From positions 1-48,670 of the forward strand of contig MRSU01002031.1 of NCBI GenBank assembly GCA_008369845.1: a stretch of 48,670 nt of DNA, read 5' to 3'. A program made the translations under genes and the position numbers. The notes beneath the pieces were generated by a model. It saw only the letters and a program-made list of their open reading frames with translations. It was not told where the DNA came from and did no database searches. The stretch is from Trichomonas gallinae. Taxonomy: Eukaryota. Positions 1 to 11,323 of this stretch are shown here, in pieces. Every line of letters begins with the position of its first letter. Positions within the stretch are counted from its first letter, which is position 1.

Positions 1-215
1 TTTTGGAAAAGGTGACAAATTTGATAACCTCATAGAATCAATTGATAGTTTACAAAACGGTTAGAACGGTCCCTTAAATGTATATGACTATTTCGTAACT
101 TTGGTGACTCATGTTATTGGATAATTTAGCAAATGTTTTGTATAATAGAATAACATGTTGGAAAAATCTGATTTAGATTTCATCTGTTGACTTTTTTTGT
201 TGGGAAATTTATAAT

Positions 216-1223
216 TTACAATATTTTTACAATTTCATAATGATTATTCCGTAAAGCAAGATTCATAGCTGTTTTGTTGTTTATGTCTTTTGCGTTGACA
301 TCTATTCCAGGAACTGTGAGCAGAAGTTTGACAACTTCATGATGACCTTCCTTTGAAGCATACATCAAAGCTGTCCAATTGTATTTGTCTTTTGCGTTTA
401 TTTCTATTCCAGGAACTGTAAGGAGGATTTTGACAACTTCGTAACGATTGTTCCGTGAAGCCCCTATCAAAGACGTAACTTGGAAATTGTCTTCTGCGTT
501 GACATCTATTCCAGGGACTGTGAGCAGAAGTTTGACAATTTCATGATAACCTATAAATGCAGCATTGTTTTTGATTCTTGAGTTAATGTCAATTCCAGAT
601 TCGATCAAAAAACGAACCAAATCTTGCTTGTTATCTTCTGTTGCTTGAATAAAGATGCTATAAGCTTTAAATAGACCTCCTCCTGTTACGTAAACAAATT
701 TCTCTTTGACGGCAAATATCATTGCGTCTCTGTCTTTTTCTGTTGCAATTCTTTGGCAATTTTCGTAGATTTTATTAAAATTCTCTCTTGTTTTGGGATT
801 TTTTTTAATTCTTCAATGCTTTTGTTTACTGTCTGACTTTGTGCCTGTGCTGTAGATATTTGCTGTGCTTGAGAATCTGGTTATTGTGAGTTTTGTTTGA
901 TTTCGGAAGAATATTGGCCAATTTTAAAAATACAGACTCAATAGTGGCTGCAATAGAATCTAGAATGTCAATGTGGAGGCATTGATCTAATAATTTGATA
1001 AATTCAACAAACTTATTAGAATCGAATTTGTTTCCTTCACCAAAGTCAGTAATAATATGTTGGACAGCTCTGAATCTATCTAGAACTTTGTTTTTAGATT
1101 GAACACTATCGAGTATATTTAGAGAATCTTCGTCAACTGGTCTTCATTGAGAACTTAGATTAGTATGTCATTCTTTATCATGCATGGAATGAACTGAGCA
1201 CTGCCAACAGGATCAAACTCCAT
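216..1223 (-). pseudogene. Ankyrin-repeat protein pseudogene (intact 3' ORF at 216-722)
   Basis: ORF 216-722 has repeats like GHHEVVKLLLTVPGIDVNAKD. Coding-like sequence continues upstream (NFNKIYENCQRIATEKDRDA; LNILDSVQSKNKVLDRFRAVQHII) to an ATG at 1223 preceded by TCATTTTT, but in-frame TAA codons and frameshifts break it. One ankyrin repeat lacks its TAL segment. Confidence 0.8.
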
Positions 1224-1361
1224 TATTTAAAAAAAATGAAAATAAAATTTTTAAAATTTTGATTTTGAGCGATAATTTATGTTTAATAATTGAAAATGAT
1301 ATAAAAACATGATGATTTTAGTGTTTAAATGAAATTTACGTTTAAAATTTTAAAGATTTTC

Positions 1362-2636
1362 ATGAATCAGACTCTTTACAACAATTTATCGAAACTCGGC
1401 TACAGCGAAACTGCAGAGTATCTCAAAAAGTATTCCGCTTCATCGAAGGATTCTATTCCTTCCTTTTATATTCCCGCGCAAAAACAAATTTCGAAATTAT
1501 ACACAACATTCGCTGCAGTTCAAGGATTGGAGCGTTTCCACCTGAAATATCCATCACTGAAAGAAATTAAAGACTTAAAAGCTCAAGCAGATAAAATTAC
1601 TCAACCTTCCTTCAGTTTTCAGTCATCTGCAAGATATGGCGGCAAAACTATCAATTACAAGCAATATATGCAGCTCCGCGAGTCTTCAACTCAATGCATT
1701 GCTGACTTTTTGACATCAAGATTGTTTATTCAGCTGAATGGAGGCTTGAATTCAACAATACCTTACGATGAGCTCTTCAATTATCTCTTTACCGTGGCCT
1801 ATTCGGTCCCACACATCAAAACACTACTATCTTATGATCTTTCAAATTCAGGAGTGATTTCACAGGAAAATTTCGCGAAATATGTTGCCCAAATGGCCGA
1901 CAGGATATATTTTGTTGAATATTTTACCAAGAAGAACCACGAATTCAAACAATATTATATTCAATACGTTGTTAATATTCTTTTCGCTCGTTTGGATCCC
2001 CTCGGCACAAGAATAACCAACATAAGTAGTCTTTTGGAGGATAAAATGTTCGCACAATGGACTTGCTTAGATTATACCTTAGATCCCGATGAAGACGATG
2101 AAAGCTTCAAGAAGAACGTTTTTGGACCAATAATATCAAAGGCCTACGTTGATGTTTTCTCGAAAATCAACATGAATCACGAAGGAATTCTCACGGCCGA
2201 AGATGTGATGCAGATACCAGGAATCAGGTGGTGCAGGACATTCGCAGAGTCGTTGATAAGCAAGGCTTCCCCGAACTTCGAATGGTTTGTTCGCGCTCAA
2301 TTTTGTTATGATTTCATAGGAGAACCATGGGCAAACACATTCTATTTCGATGTCATGGATCTAAATGGTGACGGCGTCATCACTGAAGAGGATTTAGCTC
2401 CAGTTTACGCTGATGTATCTGCAGTATATAAGCAAGTGAACCCTGGAAATCCTCTTCCACCGCTCAGATGGATTGTCGATGAGATGCTTGACTTATATGG
2501 AGTCTCAAATGGAGAGATTTCAAAACAACTTTTTATCAATTCAAAGTCAACTTCGGGATTTGTCCGTCATCTTGTTGACATTAGAGGTTTTATTAAGTGG
2601 GAGGGTGATTATGATATATTGCAGCCAAGAAACTGA
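1362..2636 (+). CDS. EF-hand protein, PP2A regulatory B'' (PR72)-like
   Basis: EF-hand YFDVMDLNGDGVITEEDL resembles the PR72 second EF-hand; degenerate EF-hands at YDLSNSGVISQENF and INMNHEGILTAEDV. Start placed at ATG 1362; the ORF is open from 1329. Confidence 0.7.
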   Translation: MNQTLYNNLSKLGYSETAEYLKKYSASSKDSIPSFYIPAQKQISKLYTTFAAVQGLERFHLKYPSLKEIKDLKAQADKITQPSFSFQSSARYGGKTINYKQYMQLRESSTQCIADFLTSRLFIQLNGGLNSTIPYDELFNYLFTVAYSVPHIKTLLSYDLSNSGVISQENFAKYVAQMADRIYFVEYFTKKNHEFKQYYIQYVVNILFARLDPLGTRITNISSLLEDKMFAQWTCLDYTLDPDEDDESFKKNVFGPIISKAYVDVFSKINMNHEGILTAEDVMQIPGIRWCRTFAESLISKASPNFEWFVRAQFCYDFIGEPWANTFYFDVMDLNGDGVITEEDLAPVYADVSAVYKQVNPGNPLPPLRWIVDEMLDLYGVSNGEISKQLFINSKSTSGFVRHLVDIRGFIKWEGDYDILQPRN

Positions 2637-2927
2637 TTTTATTTATGATTTGTTGTGTTTTAAAGAATATTCAGTAATAATTTATAAACAATAGAATATA
2701 AAAAACTTATTTTCTCATTTAATTTGCGATAATAACGAAATAATCAATTTTTGCATAAAAAATATTTAATTTATTATGAAATTTTGATAAAATTAAATCA
2801 TGTATCAGTTCTTATGTTGATATACAACTTTATATCAGCTTAAAACAATTTTTGACAAGTAAATTTTATTTTGACATGTAAATATATCATGGCATTTTTT
2901 TCAAATTTTCGAAATTTTGTTTTTTAT

Positions 2928-5093
2928 ATGTACGCGGTTATTGACAAAGAATTAGAACGTGTTTTTCACTCTCAGAAGGATGTGTTAGAGTCATTAAAAC
3001 AAGTTGTAGAGTCTAATTCTAATTTCTTTAAGGAGATATATTCATCTTTAACAACCTTCAAAAACCAAGGCAGTTATACCGTAGAAATCTTATTCACAGG
3101 AAACGACCCAGATACTATTTTAAACTTTTATTACATTTTGTTTCGATTATTACGACATTATCCTAAAAATTCAGAAGATTCTAAAATGATACTAAATTTC
3201 GCACGCTCCATTACTGACAATATGAATTATATTTGGGATAAATTGGCATCACAACCTGATACTCAAATTCAAATTATAATTCAACAATTTGGAATAATCT
3301 TGATGATTCTGAAATTAGATGGATTGGACAAGGAACTTTATGACAAAATTGAAAAAATTCATCTCCAATATTTTGACAATATTATATCATCAAAATTTTG
3401 GAATCTTTACGAGCAATATTTCAATTACTTTAGAAAATTACATGATTTAAGATTTGATTTTACCAAGTTAACTGATTCAGATTTAGATCAATTTTTCAAC
3501 AAATTATTTATAACTCAATATATCTTTAATATAGAAAAATCTAACCGAAAAGATGACTTCATGAAAGTAATTATCATCGATGAGAAGAATAAGAAATTCC
3601 CATATAAAGCTCATATATCTTCAGATTTTTCATTATTGCTACTCAAATATTTGATCATGATGAAGGAAATCACTATGGATAATATTATCGAAAATTACAT
3701 GAACAATTGCAGCGATGTTGTCGATTTCCCTGATTTCGATAACGGCACATATCTGACCCAGTTCGCGAACATTTTGAATGATACTAAATTGTTTAATGAA
3801 CGCTATGAATTTACAATTAATGATTTTCGTCAAAAGTTTACAAGATACGATCAAATAAGCCAGGCTCTACTTATATCAGGAGCTTTAGGCAAAGATGAAG
3901 TTCCTGTAATCAAAATAATCAAAATCGATAAATCTAAATCAGAAGAACATTTTGAGTCTAACCTTTCGGCAGATTTAAACTATGTAATGGACAGTATCAT
4001 CAAAACTTACAAGACATCCAGTAAAGATCTTAAGATTCTATGTAACGCATCACTATTTCAAGTTCCAATTGTTGCAGAATATAGTGATTTCTTTTCATTT
4101 GACACAAAGCATGCTATATTCAGGCGTGCATTCATTAACCATGACACGAACAACTCTGCGATTGTTAATGTGCACAGAGACAAACTATTTGACGATGGAT
4201 TAAAAATAATAAGGCTTTGTGGACCAGGATCAACTGTTTGGAAGCTCAAATTCATCGGAGAAAACGGAATTGGCACAGGATTAACACGCGAATTCATTCA
4301 GAAATTTTTTGATGAATTGGCTAGAAAAGAAGGATTTCTTTCAAAGTACGAAAAAATTTACGCACCACCAATTGTCATGCAGGAATATTACTATGAGTTT
4401 GGAGTATTTGTTGCCAAAGCGATTCTCATGGGTATTACATTTGATGCTTGTTCACTCAGCGATGAATTCTTCGCAATCATCCTTGGCAGAAAAATATCAT
4501 GGAAAGACATAGACCCTGTTTATGAAGATTTGGTAAGAGATCCAAAGAGTTGCATTGGCAGTTTCAACTTCGAAGATATAGGAGAGAAAGCTTGTGAAGT
4601 TACAGAATATAACTGCAAAGAATTTGCTAGAAAGCTTGGAGATCTCAAATATCTATTCGGACATGCGCGCGAAGAATTCACTCGGGGCTTTTCAACAGTG
4701 ATTAATTTCGAAGGAACAAAGATGTTTTCAGCATCAGAGTTCAGAAAACTTGTCTGCGGCGAACCAAAAAGGCCAACAAAACAGGAGCTTAACTCAATTA
4801 AATGCGACAAACAAGAATTTGAAGTGATGAAAAGCTGGCTCGTTGACATTATAGTAGATTTTAATGACGAGGATTTCAAGCACTTCCTTAAATTCTTAAC
4901 TGGATCGTATGTTCTTCCAGTTGGTGGATTCAAGGAACTCGGTATTACTCTAAGCGTCATTAACTGTGATGGATATCCAAGTGCGAAAACTTGCTATGGA
5001 AGTTTGAAGATTCCTGATTATAAAAGCAAGGAAATATTGCGCGAGAAACTTATTTTTGCTATGAAAAATTGTCATGATTTTGACTTCGACTAA
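2928..5093 (+). CDS. HECT-domain E3 ubiquitin ligase
   Basis: VHRDKLFDDG...LKFIGENGIGTGLTREF, FLKFLTGS, catalytic Cys in PSAKTCY, C-terminal FDFD. Start placed at ATG 2928. Confidence 0.9.
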   Translation: MYAVIDKELERVFHSQKDVLESLKQVVESNSNFFKEIYSSLTTFKNQGSYTVEILFTGNDPDTILNFYYILFRLLRHYPKNSEDSKMILNFARSITDNMNYIWDKLASQPDTQIQIIIQQFGIILMILKLDGLDKELYDKIEKIHLQYFDNIISSKFWNLYEQYFNYFRKLHDLRFDFTKLTDSDLDQFFNKLFITQYIFNIEKSNRKDDFMKVIIIDEKNKKFPYKAHISSDFSLLLLKYLIMMKEITMDNIIENYMNNCSDVVDFPDFDNGTYLTQFANILNDTKLFNERYEFTINDFRQKFTRYDQISQALLISGALGKDEVPVIKIIKIDKSKSEEHFESNLSADLNYVMDSIIKTYKTSSKDLKILCNASLFQVPIVAEYSDFFSFDTKHAIFRRAFINHDTNNSAIVNVHRDKLFDDGLKIIRLCGPGSTVWKLKFIGENGIGTGLTREFIQKFFDELARKEGFLSKYEKIYAPPIVMQEYYYEFGVFVAKAILMGITFDACSLSDEFFAIILGRKISWKDIDPVYEDLVRDPKSCIGSFNFEDIGEKACEVTEYNCKEFARKLGDLKYLFGHAREEFTRGFSTVINFEGTKMFSASEFRKLVCGEPKRPTKQELNSIKCDKQEFEVMKSWLVDIIVDFNDEDFKHFLKFLTGSYVLPVGGFKELGITLSVINCDGYPSAKTCYGSLKIPDYKSKEILREKLIFAMKNCHDFDFD

Positions 5094-5401
5094 TTCATAT
5101 ACAAATGATAAATTTTATTGTTTCATGAATTATTTTTTTTATTGAAGACTAATTTTCTATAATATTTTAAAACATATAAATAATGCATTTAAATTATAAT
5201 CATTAATAGCATTCAATATCAATGAAAAATTAAATTCCAAAATTCAAATTAAACAAATTTGTTTTGTATTAAAGAAATTTTGTCTTAGATATCTTTAAAA
5301 TATCTTTAATGATTGCTATGAAAATAGGTGCGATTTTGAATCTTAATTTAAGAATAATAATTTATAACAAAACACATAAGAGAAAAGTATATGAAGTATG
5401 G

Positions 5402-5695
5402 TTATACCTGAGAGGCGAAGTCAGCAGTTCTAACAAATTCGCTATCTTCATTATCTGATAGATGTCTTTCTATGATGATTTCGCGTTCATCATCATGTGC
5501 AACTGATTTTCTGCATTTTTTGTTAATGATTAGCATTACTAAATAGAAAATTAGGGCACAGAAGAATAACCAACCAATTCCTATGAACATAACAGCGGTG
5601 TCGCTAACTTTTGTTGGAATGTCTTCTTCTGTAGTGTTCAAAATCTGTCTAACTAGTTTTTCTTTGCCAAGGAAATGATATTGCTCATTTACCAT
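5402..5695 (-). CDS. Small single-pass membrane protein, unknown function
   Basis: 97-aa ATG ORF with one hydrophobic helix (AVMFIGIGWLFFCALIFYLVMLII) followed by basic NKKCRK; TGTCATGTAAA motif 12 nt upstream. Confidence 0.65.
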   Translation of the reverse strand: MVNEQYHFLGKEKLVRQILNTTEEDIPTKVSDTAVMFIGIGWLFFCALIFYLVMLIINKKCRKSVAHDDEREIIIERHLSDNEDSEFVRTADFASQV

Positions 5696-5943
5696 TTTTT
5701 CTAATATTTACATGACAAAAAAATCAAATTCTTCTGACACTTATTTTTTATATTTCGATGTTTTTTTCATTTAATCATAAACATTATTTTAATTTTGATA
5801 TTATAAATATATGCATTATATTAAACAGTTGCAAATTCTATTCTTATTATGAGGTATTATGCATGATACATTGGAAGTGATTGATGTCAAATTGTTTTAT
5901 GATTTTGACATTTTACATGTCAAATAATACCCGTTTAAAAAAA

Positions 5944-7449
5944 ATGCTAAGCTTATTTGAAAATGCACCTTTGCCTTATAATTTCGTCAAAATACCAAAA
6001 GAAAACGAGCCTGCAGTTGAGCGAAAAAAGAGATTAAGCTTTCATGTTAACAAAGTTATTACAGAACTCTCGAAAAATGCTTTTATTCATTGCGGTTTTG
6101 ATCCTACTGAAGACAAAATACATTTTAACGTTGCATGGGGCAGACAGTATCCAGTAATACAGTATTCAAGCTTCGCTGCATGGCAGAAAATTAATCATTA
6201 TTGTGGTGCAACACTTATGGGTCGTAAAGACAGATTGACATCAAGAATGACTGAACTTAAAGCTAGAGTTGGTGGCTTTGCATCTTTCTATCCAGAATCA
6301 TACTTAATACCTTCCCAATTATCAGATTTGGAAAAAGTCTGGGAAAGTTATCCACTTTGGATTGTTAAGCCGGTGTCATCATCGCGCGGACGTGGAATAC
6401 ACTTATTATCATCCAAAGACTCAAAGCCGCCTTCAGACGAGGAATACGTAATCCAGAAATACATAGAGAAGCCTTTCATCATTACAGGGAGGAAATTTGA
6501 CCTCAGGTTTTATGTCCTAGTTACATCCTCTTCTCCACTGCGCATATACATGCACGACAGCGGTTTAGTGCGCTTCGCTACGCATAAATATGATCCGAAT
6601 GCTCCACCAGAAGATGTCAATGTTCATCTGACGAATTTTTCTCTGAACAAAGATGATGAAGGATTCATCAGAGCGGAGAATATTGACGAGAAGGTGGAGG
6701 ACTCTAAGTGGTCAATTCCATTCTTCATTGATTACTTGACAAAAAACGGATACAACGTCAAAGAAATTTTCGAGGATATCGAAAGAGTAACAATTGCAAC
6801 GATTATTGCTGGTTTCTGCTCAATACGCAATCACCAGAACAACTACGTGAAGCACAGGCAGAACACGTTCGAGCTGTACGGAATCGACGTGATTCTCGAC
6901 GAAAACATGAAAGCACACGTCCTCGAGATCAACATTTCACCAGGTATGAGCGGAATGGACTCCGTTCTCGATTACACGATCAAAGACAGACTGATGCATG
7001 ATGTGCTGAGGATGGCGAGAATCATAGACTGCGATGCATCACTAAAGAACCCATGCCCCGGAATTAATTGCGTCGAATACGAATGCAATCATTCATTATC
7101 GAAAGAACGCGTGAGGAAAGTTGAAGGACATTCTGTTAATCCTTTAGATGAGCCTGTTTTCCATGATATGATGAATGTTAGAGACTTCTACGAAGAGAAA
7201 TCGCTAGAATCTGGCTTCAGAAGAGTTTTTCCGAAGAGAAAAACAGTTGACAAATTTATTCCATGCTTCGACAGGATGAAATATGATGACATTGTTTTCA
7301 TAGACTTCATTAAACTCAGCAAAGAAGAAAGAACAGCTTTCATTACTAAGAACCTTCCACAATATGAAGAAAAGATGAGAAGCATCGTCGAAGAAGCAAA
7401 TTCTATGAAGTCAGCAGACAAAGCAGCACCAAAACCTGACCATTTTTAA
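5944..7449 (+). CDS. Tubulin-tyrosine ligase family polyglutamylase (TTLL4-like)
   Basis: QKINHYCGATLMGRKDRL, WIVKPVSSSRGRGI, IQKYIEKP, KFDLRFYVLV, GLVRFAT, HLTNFSLNK, FELYGID, LEINISP. Confidence 0.93.
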   Translation: MLSLFENAPLPYNFVKIPKENEPAVERKKRLSFHVNKVITELSKNAFIHCGFDPTEDKIHFNVAWGRQYPVIQYSSFAAWQKINHYCGATLMGRKDRLTSRMTELKARVGGFASFYPESYLIPSQLSDLEKVWESYPLWIVKPVSSSRGRGIHLLSSKDSKPPSDEEYVIQKYIEKPFIITGRKFDLRFYVLVTSSSPLRIYMHDSGLVRFATHKYDPNAPPEDVNVHLTNFSLNKDDEGFIRAENIDEKVEDSKWSIPFFIDYLTKNGYNVKEIFEDIERVTIATIIAGFCSIRNHQNNYVKHRQNTFELYGIDVILDENMKAHVLEINISPGMSGMDSVLDYTIKDRLMHDVLRMARIIDCDASLKNPCPGINCVEYECNHSLSKERVRKVEGHSVNPLDEPVFHDMMNVRDFYEEKSLESGFRRVFPKRKTVDKFIPCFDRMKYDDIVFIDFIKLSKEERTAFITKNLPQYEEKMRSIVEEANSMKSADKAAPKPDHF

Positions 7450-7936
7450 TCTTGTTTATACATATTAAATATATATTTCTATAAATTGCATGTTTTCTAT
7501 TTTAATATATCTTTTCAACTACTGAACTTGAAGCAAGAGGGAACTTTTCTAAAATTTAGTGCGAAAAAATCATAAATTGATTATTAAAGGTTTGTAATCG
7601 TTTTCTAGGTGACACATATGTAGTAATAGCGATTTATATGACACTGACTGACTTTTGCAGGCCAAAATTAAATTTTATTATTTTTTATTATGCATTGGAA
7701 CATATAATTTTTGCTAATAAAAGTTCAGCAATAAAATATATTTATAATTTTCAGCTCCCAACAAATTATATTAATTTTTTTCTAATCACAATATATTTGA
7801 AGTCTGAAAGTTATAAGCATAATTGATAAAAGGATGAAAATTGACTTTCAAACTAAATATTATTATTTGTTATAGAGACTGCCGTTTTTTTTGGTCAAAA
7901 AGTATTTCAATCGGATTTAGTATAAGAAGCAAATGT

Positions 7937-8269
7937 TTACTGATCGACAACCTTTGTAGTCTGGAGTCCAGCGAAGGAAGCAACGTTCTTGTAAGAAGCA
8001 ATTGTGATCATCTTCTCAGCATCCTCCTCATCAGCCTTGCGCTCGAAAACAACACGAATGCGGGCTGGTGGGCAGTTCTTGCCGTGGATCCAGATGCGGG
8101 AGTTAAGCTCTGGGTCAATTTTGACGACATCTGTGTGCATCATCTTCTGGCCAGCGGCTGTGATAACCTTGATAGCCTTTTCAGCGCGGAATCTGCGGCG
8201 TGTATCATGGACAGCCTTCTGGATGTGGATTGTTGTTTCAAGTTTGGCTGGAGCGAGCTCTTTTGGCAT
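7937..8269 (-). CDS. RPL31: 60S ribosomal protein L31 (eL31)
   Basis: ETTIHIQK...RAEKAIK...DVVKIDPELNSRIWIHGKNCPPARIRV...FAGLQT; ATG at 8269, 110 aa. Confidence 0.93.
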   Translation of the reverse strand: MPKELAPAKLETTIHIQKAVHDTRRRFRAEKAIKVITAAGQKMMHTDVVKIDPELNSRIWIHGKNCPPARIRVVFERKADEEDAEKMITIASYKNVASFAGLQTTKVVDQ

Positions 8270-8309
8270 TATAACAGAAAGGACCAAACCGTGGACGACG
8301 ATTATTTTC
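8270..8309 (-). promoter_or_regulatory. RPL31 core promoter: CCTTT (M5-like), ACGGTTT (M3-like) and GAAAATAATCGTCG
   Basis: Sense strand reads GAAAATAATCGTCGTCCACGGTTTGGTCCTTTCTGTTATA-ATG. CCTTT and M3 elements are described for T. vaginalis Inr-less promoters (recalled, not searched). Confidence 0.6.
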
Positions 8310-8795
8310 CACTCAATTCTTGGACCAATTCATTCTATTTTCTTTTATTTCATATTCTATATCTATTAGTAATTATATATCTAAATTTCACAGAATTTCG
8401 CAAAAACTCAAACATTTTTCCAATGACCTTTTTTGACAAATAAATAGAATATCTGACACATAAACATATTTATATGTCATTTGACAATTTACACGGCCGA
8501 ATGCGCATTCTAAATTCAATTGGATAATATTCGGAATAATGGGAATGCATACTGTAATGGCAAATACTTTAGTCTGAAGCAGATCTAAATAATTATTCAA
8601 AATGCATTGAATATTAGTCAATATGTATTCATATTTGAAGGAGGGATGTCAGAACAATTTAGATGAAAATCAAAAATAGATCCAGGGGATGGTAAATAGT
8701 GAATGTGAATGAGTATAAATCATTAGATTAATATTTGACATTTGTAAAGTAAATTTTGACAAAATGTCAGAAAAAATTACAACAATTTTTAAAAA

Positions 8796-10145
8796 GTGAA
8801 TTGGTTTGAAGGATTCGGGGAAGATATTCTCCCCAAGAACTCACCAAAGCAGCTTAAACAGTTTTGTTATAAGCAAAATATAAACAATTTACCATTTAAA
8901 TTCGTTATTGATCCTAAAAAATTATTATGCGCTCAAATTAACAATTTTCAGTCAAACGAAGTTCAAGCTGTCGATTTAATCAACGCAAATCCGCAATCTG
9001 GAATATTAATTGTAGATTTTATTGGCTTTGAACGCGAATTTGTTAGAAATATGACGTTAATATTCGATAAAGTCATGAAAACCCTCAAAGATACTCGCTA
9101 CTCTAAAATAGAAACATATTTATCAGGTCCACTTAAGAATATTCACCAATCCCATTTAGCATTTTTAGGAAAAATCCACGAACTCATGAATAAACCTACA
9201 AAAAATTTCGTATATTTGTTCATTGATGAGTTGTGCTCCGATAAAAAGCTATTGGAAGACCATAACATTTACATGAACAAATTTTTTGATGTCGAATCAT
9301 TAGTAACATCATTCTCGGTTGAATACTCAGATCAATTCAAGGATGACTTCTCTAACTACACCTTGGCGCAAGTTATGAGATCCCCTATTCCATGGCAGAA
9401 TTACGCAACTAAATTCGCAAATGACTTAGTTTCAACTATAACAAAACCAGAGTTCATTAAAAAGCTAAATGACTTTGAATCGCAAACATCTGGAATGACG
9501 CAGGCTATAGATTGCATTCCTAAACTTGAATCAATTTGTAAAATGATGATTTCTGAACCATTCCCTATCGTTGTTGGAGGTCGTCGCATATTAAAGGAAG
9601 GAACGGCTTTCAAGCATTGCAGATCAAATATAACAAAGAGAGAAATTTATTTATTCTCGGATATGTTTATGTATGCTCAACTTAATGTCGGCAAACTCTT
9701 AGCTCCTGCGAATTATCCATTGTCTCACTTGAGGGTAGACATTCCTGCCGCAGATAAACCATTAATGGCACTTTATGCTCCGAAAAAGTCATTTGTTCTT
9801 CAATTTCAGAGTCAAGAAGAATTAGAATCATGGAGTTCATCATTAAAGCAAGCAATAGATAACGCAAAATCAGCTTTAGGTAAAATTAAAAAATATCATG
9901 AAGCACCAATCTGGATTTCAGACTCTGCAGCTGAAAATTGCATGGAATGTCAGAAACCATTCAATGCTTTGACGAGAAGAAGACATCACTGCAGGTTATG
10001 CGGAAGAGTCTTATGCGCAGATTGCGTCCCTAGAAAAGTAATAATTCAAGCAATATCCGATAAGCCAGAAAAAGTGTGTGAAAGATGCTTTACGAATATG
10101 AAAAAGAAACCTATGAAAAAAGTGAAAGAAATTCTAGATCAATAA
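8796..10145 (+). CDS. RhoGEF(DH)-PH-FYVE domain protein (FGD-like); start codon anomalous (GTG)
   Basis: FYVE WISD..CMEC..F....RRHHCRLCGRVLCADC..KVCERC; PH RRILKEG..REIYLFSDMF..ELESWSSSL; degenerate DH beginning DFIGFEREFVRNM. First in-frame ATG is at 9051. Confidence 0.85.
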   Translation: MNWFEGFGEDILPKNSPKQLKQFCYKQNINNLPFKFVIDPKKLLCAQINNFQSNEVQAVDLINANPQSGILIVDFIGFEREFVRNMTLIFDKVMKTLKDTRYSKIETYLSGPLKNIHQSHLAFLGKIHELMNKPTKNFVYLFIDELCSDKKLLEDHNIYMNKFFDVESLVTSFSVEYSDQFKDDFSNYTLAQVMRSPIPWQNYATKFANDLVSTITKPEFIKKLNDFESQTSGMTQAIDCIPKLESICKMMISEPFPIVVGGRRILKEGTAFKHCRSNITKREIYLFSDMFMYAQLNVGKLLAPANYPLSHLRVDIPAADKPLMALYAPKKSFVLQFQSQEELESWSSSLKQAIDNAKSALGKIKKYHEAPIWISDSAAENCMECQKPFNALTRRRHHCRLCGRVLCADCVPRKVIIQAISDKPEKVCERCFTNMKKKPMKKVKEILDQ

Positions 10146-10780
10146 TTTTTAATTGTTAGTTCTAAAACCTGTTATTTTACGTCAATAACTAATAATATTA
10201 TGAAGCACCTATAAATCAAAATTAATTAATTTGACATTCTGTCACATAAATAGGTGTTTGTCAAGTTATTTATAAAGCACCTATAATTCAAGACTAGAAG
10301 TGCTTAAAAAAGAAGCACTAGACTGTGTCAGTCATCACTAATGTCATAAGCACTACTAATTTGCATCGACTGTGGTTGTTGCATATATCAAGATATAGAT
10401 ATCGAATATGACTTTTAAACTGATATCTTGCTGAAATTCCCATTCATGGCGCTATAATATCGGTAAAATGAATTTTTTGTCATGTAAATTAAATATGTCA
10501 AAAAATTAAAAACACTATAATTTCATATAACAAACATGTCTACAAATCCCTTGGATTCTAAATATTATTATTTTATGTTTTATTACTAAGAATATAGATC
10601 ATAATCTATTTCTAGATCCGAAAAATATATTTTAAAGATTTAGCCACTATTTTGGTTTTAAATGCATGTTTAGTATATGGATAGATAGGATATATTTGCT
10701 ATAATATCAATAAAATTTCGATTTCGAATAAATTACAAAAAACATTTCTAATAATATTTATATATTCCCTTATAGTACAG

Positions 10781-11323
10781 TTACTTCCACTGTCTTCTCG
10801 CTACGACGCGATCAATAAGCTCATTAAGTAATGGTTCAACATCTTTCAGATCTAAACGAAGCATTCTAGAGGCCAATTCCTCCTTGATGTAATCACCCTT
10901 CTCTCCAGCATCATAGAGACTGCCAATCATGATCTCAATTGGTGCGACGAACGATAATGAATTGTTAACTTCATCAGGGCGACTAACTGGCGGATTTCTT
11001 CGCTTCATTTCTTCGGCCATATATAAAATGGCATCTTTCTCGTTAGCTGGCATTCTTTCCTTTGTGCGATCAGAGAACGCGACACTAATTTGCTGTCCCC
11101 ACTGATTTGTTTTATGATAGGCTTGAATTGCTGCGAGGCAGTCCTTTTTTTTCTTGTAGGAAACGAACACCACGCCCTTAAATGCTTTTGTATTATTATC
11201 GGTGAGGAGATTTAACTTCTCAACAGGCGCGATCTTATCGAAAAGGTCTTCTATTTGATCCCTTGTAACCGTTTTTGGGATGTTTTTCACGTACAAACAA
11301 TATTCTATTGGTTCTTCAGTCAT
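10781..11323 (-). CDS. RRM RNA-binding protein
   Basis: RNP2 LYVKNI, RNP1 KGVVFVSY; Inr-like TCATTTTT upstream at 11338-11345. Confidence 0.88.
   Translation of the reverse strand: MTEEPIEYCLYVKNIPKTVTRDQIEDLFDKIAPVEKLNLLTDNNTKAFKGVVFVSYKKKKDCLAAIQAYHKTNQWGQQISVAFSDRTKERMPANEKDAILYMAEEMKRRNPPVSRPDEVNNSLSFVAPIEIMIGSLYDAGEKGDYIKEELASRMLRLDLKDVEPLLNELIDRVVARRQWK

Noticed and set aside
1100..1223. In-frame TAA at Gln-like positions suggesting an alternative genetic code
   Set aside because: TAA terminates well-conserved genes such as RPL23, RPL31 and Rab at the expected ends, and this locus also has frameshifts, so pseudogene is the simpler explanation.
7841..8443. 200-aa plus-strand ORF over RPL31, and the many other antisense or nested ORFs in the track
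   Set aside because: Mostly non-ATG starts, no recognisable motifs, and explained as shadows of biased codon usage in the real genes.
8700..8800. Intron explaining the missing ATG of the FYVE gene
   Set aside because: No ACTAAC branch point fused to a 3' AG, as is typical of trichomonad introns, is present.
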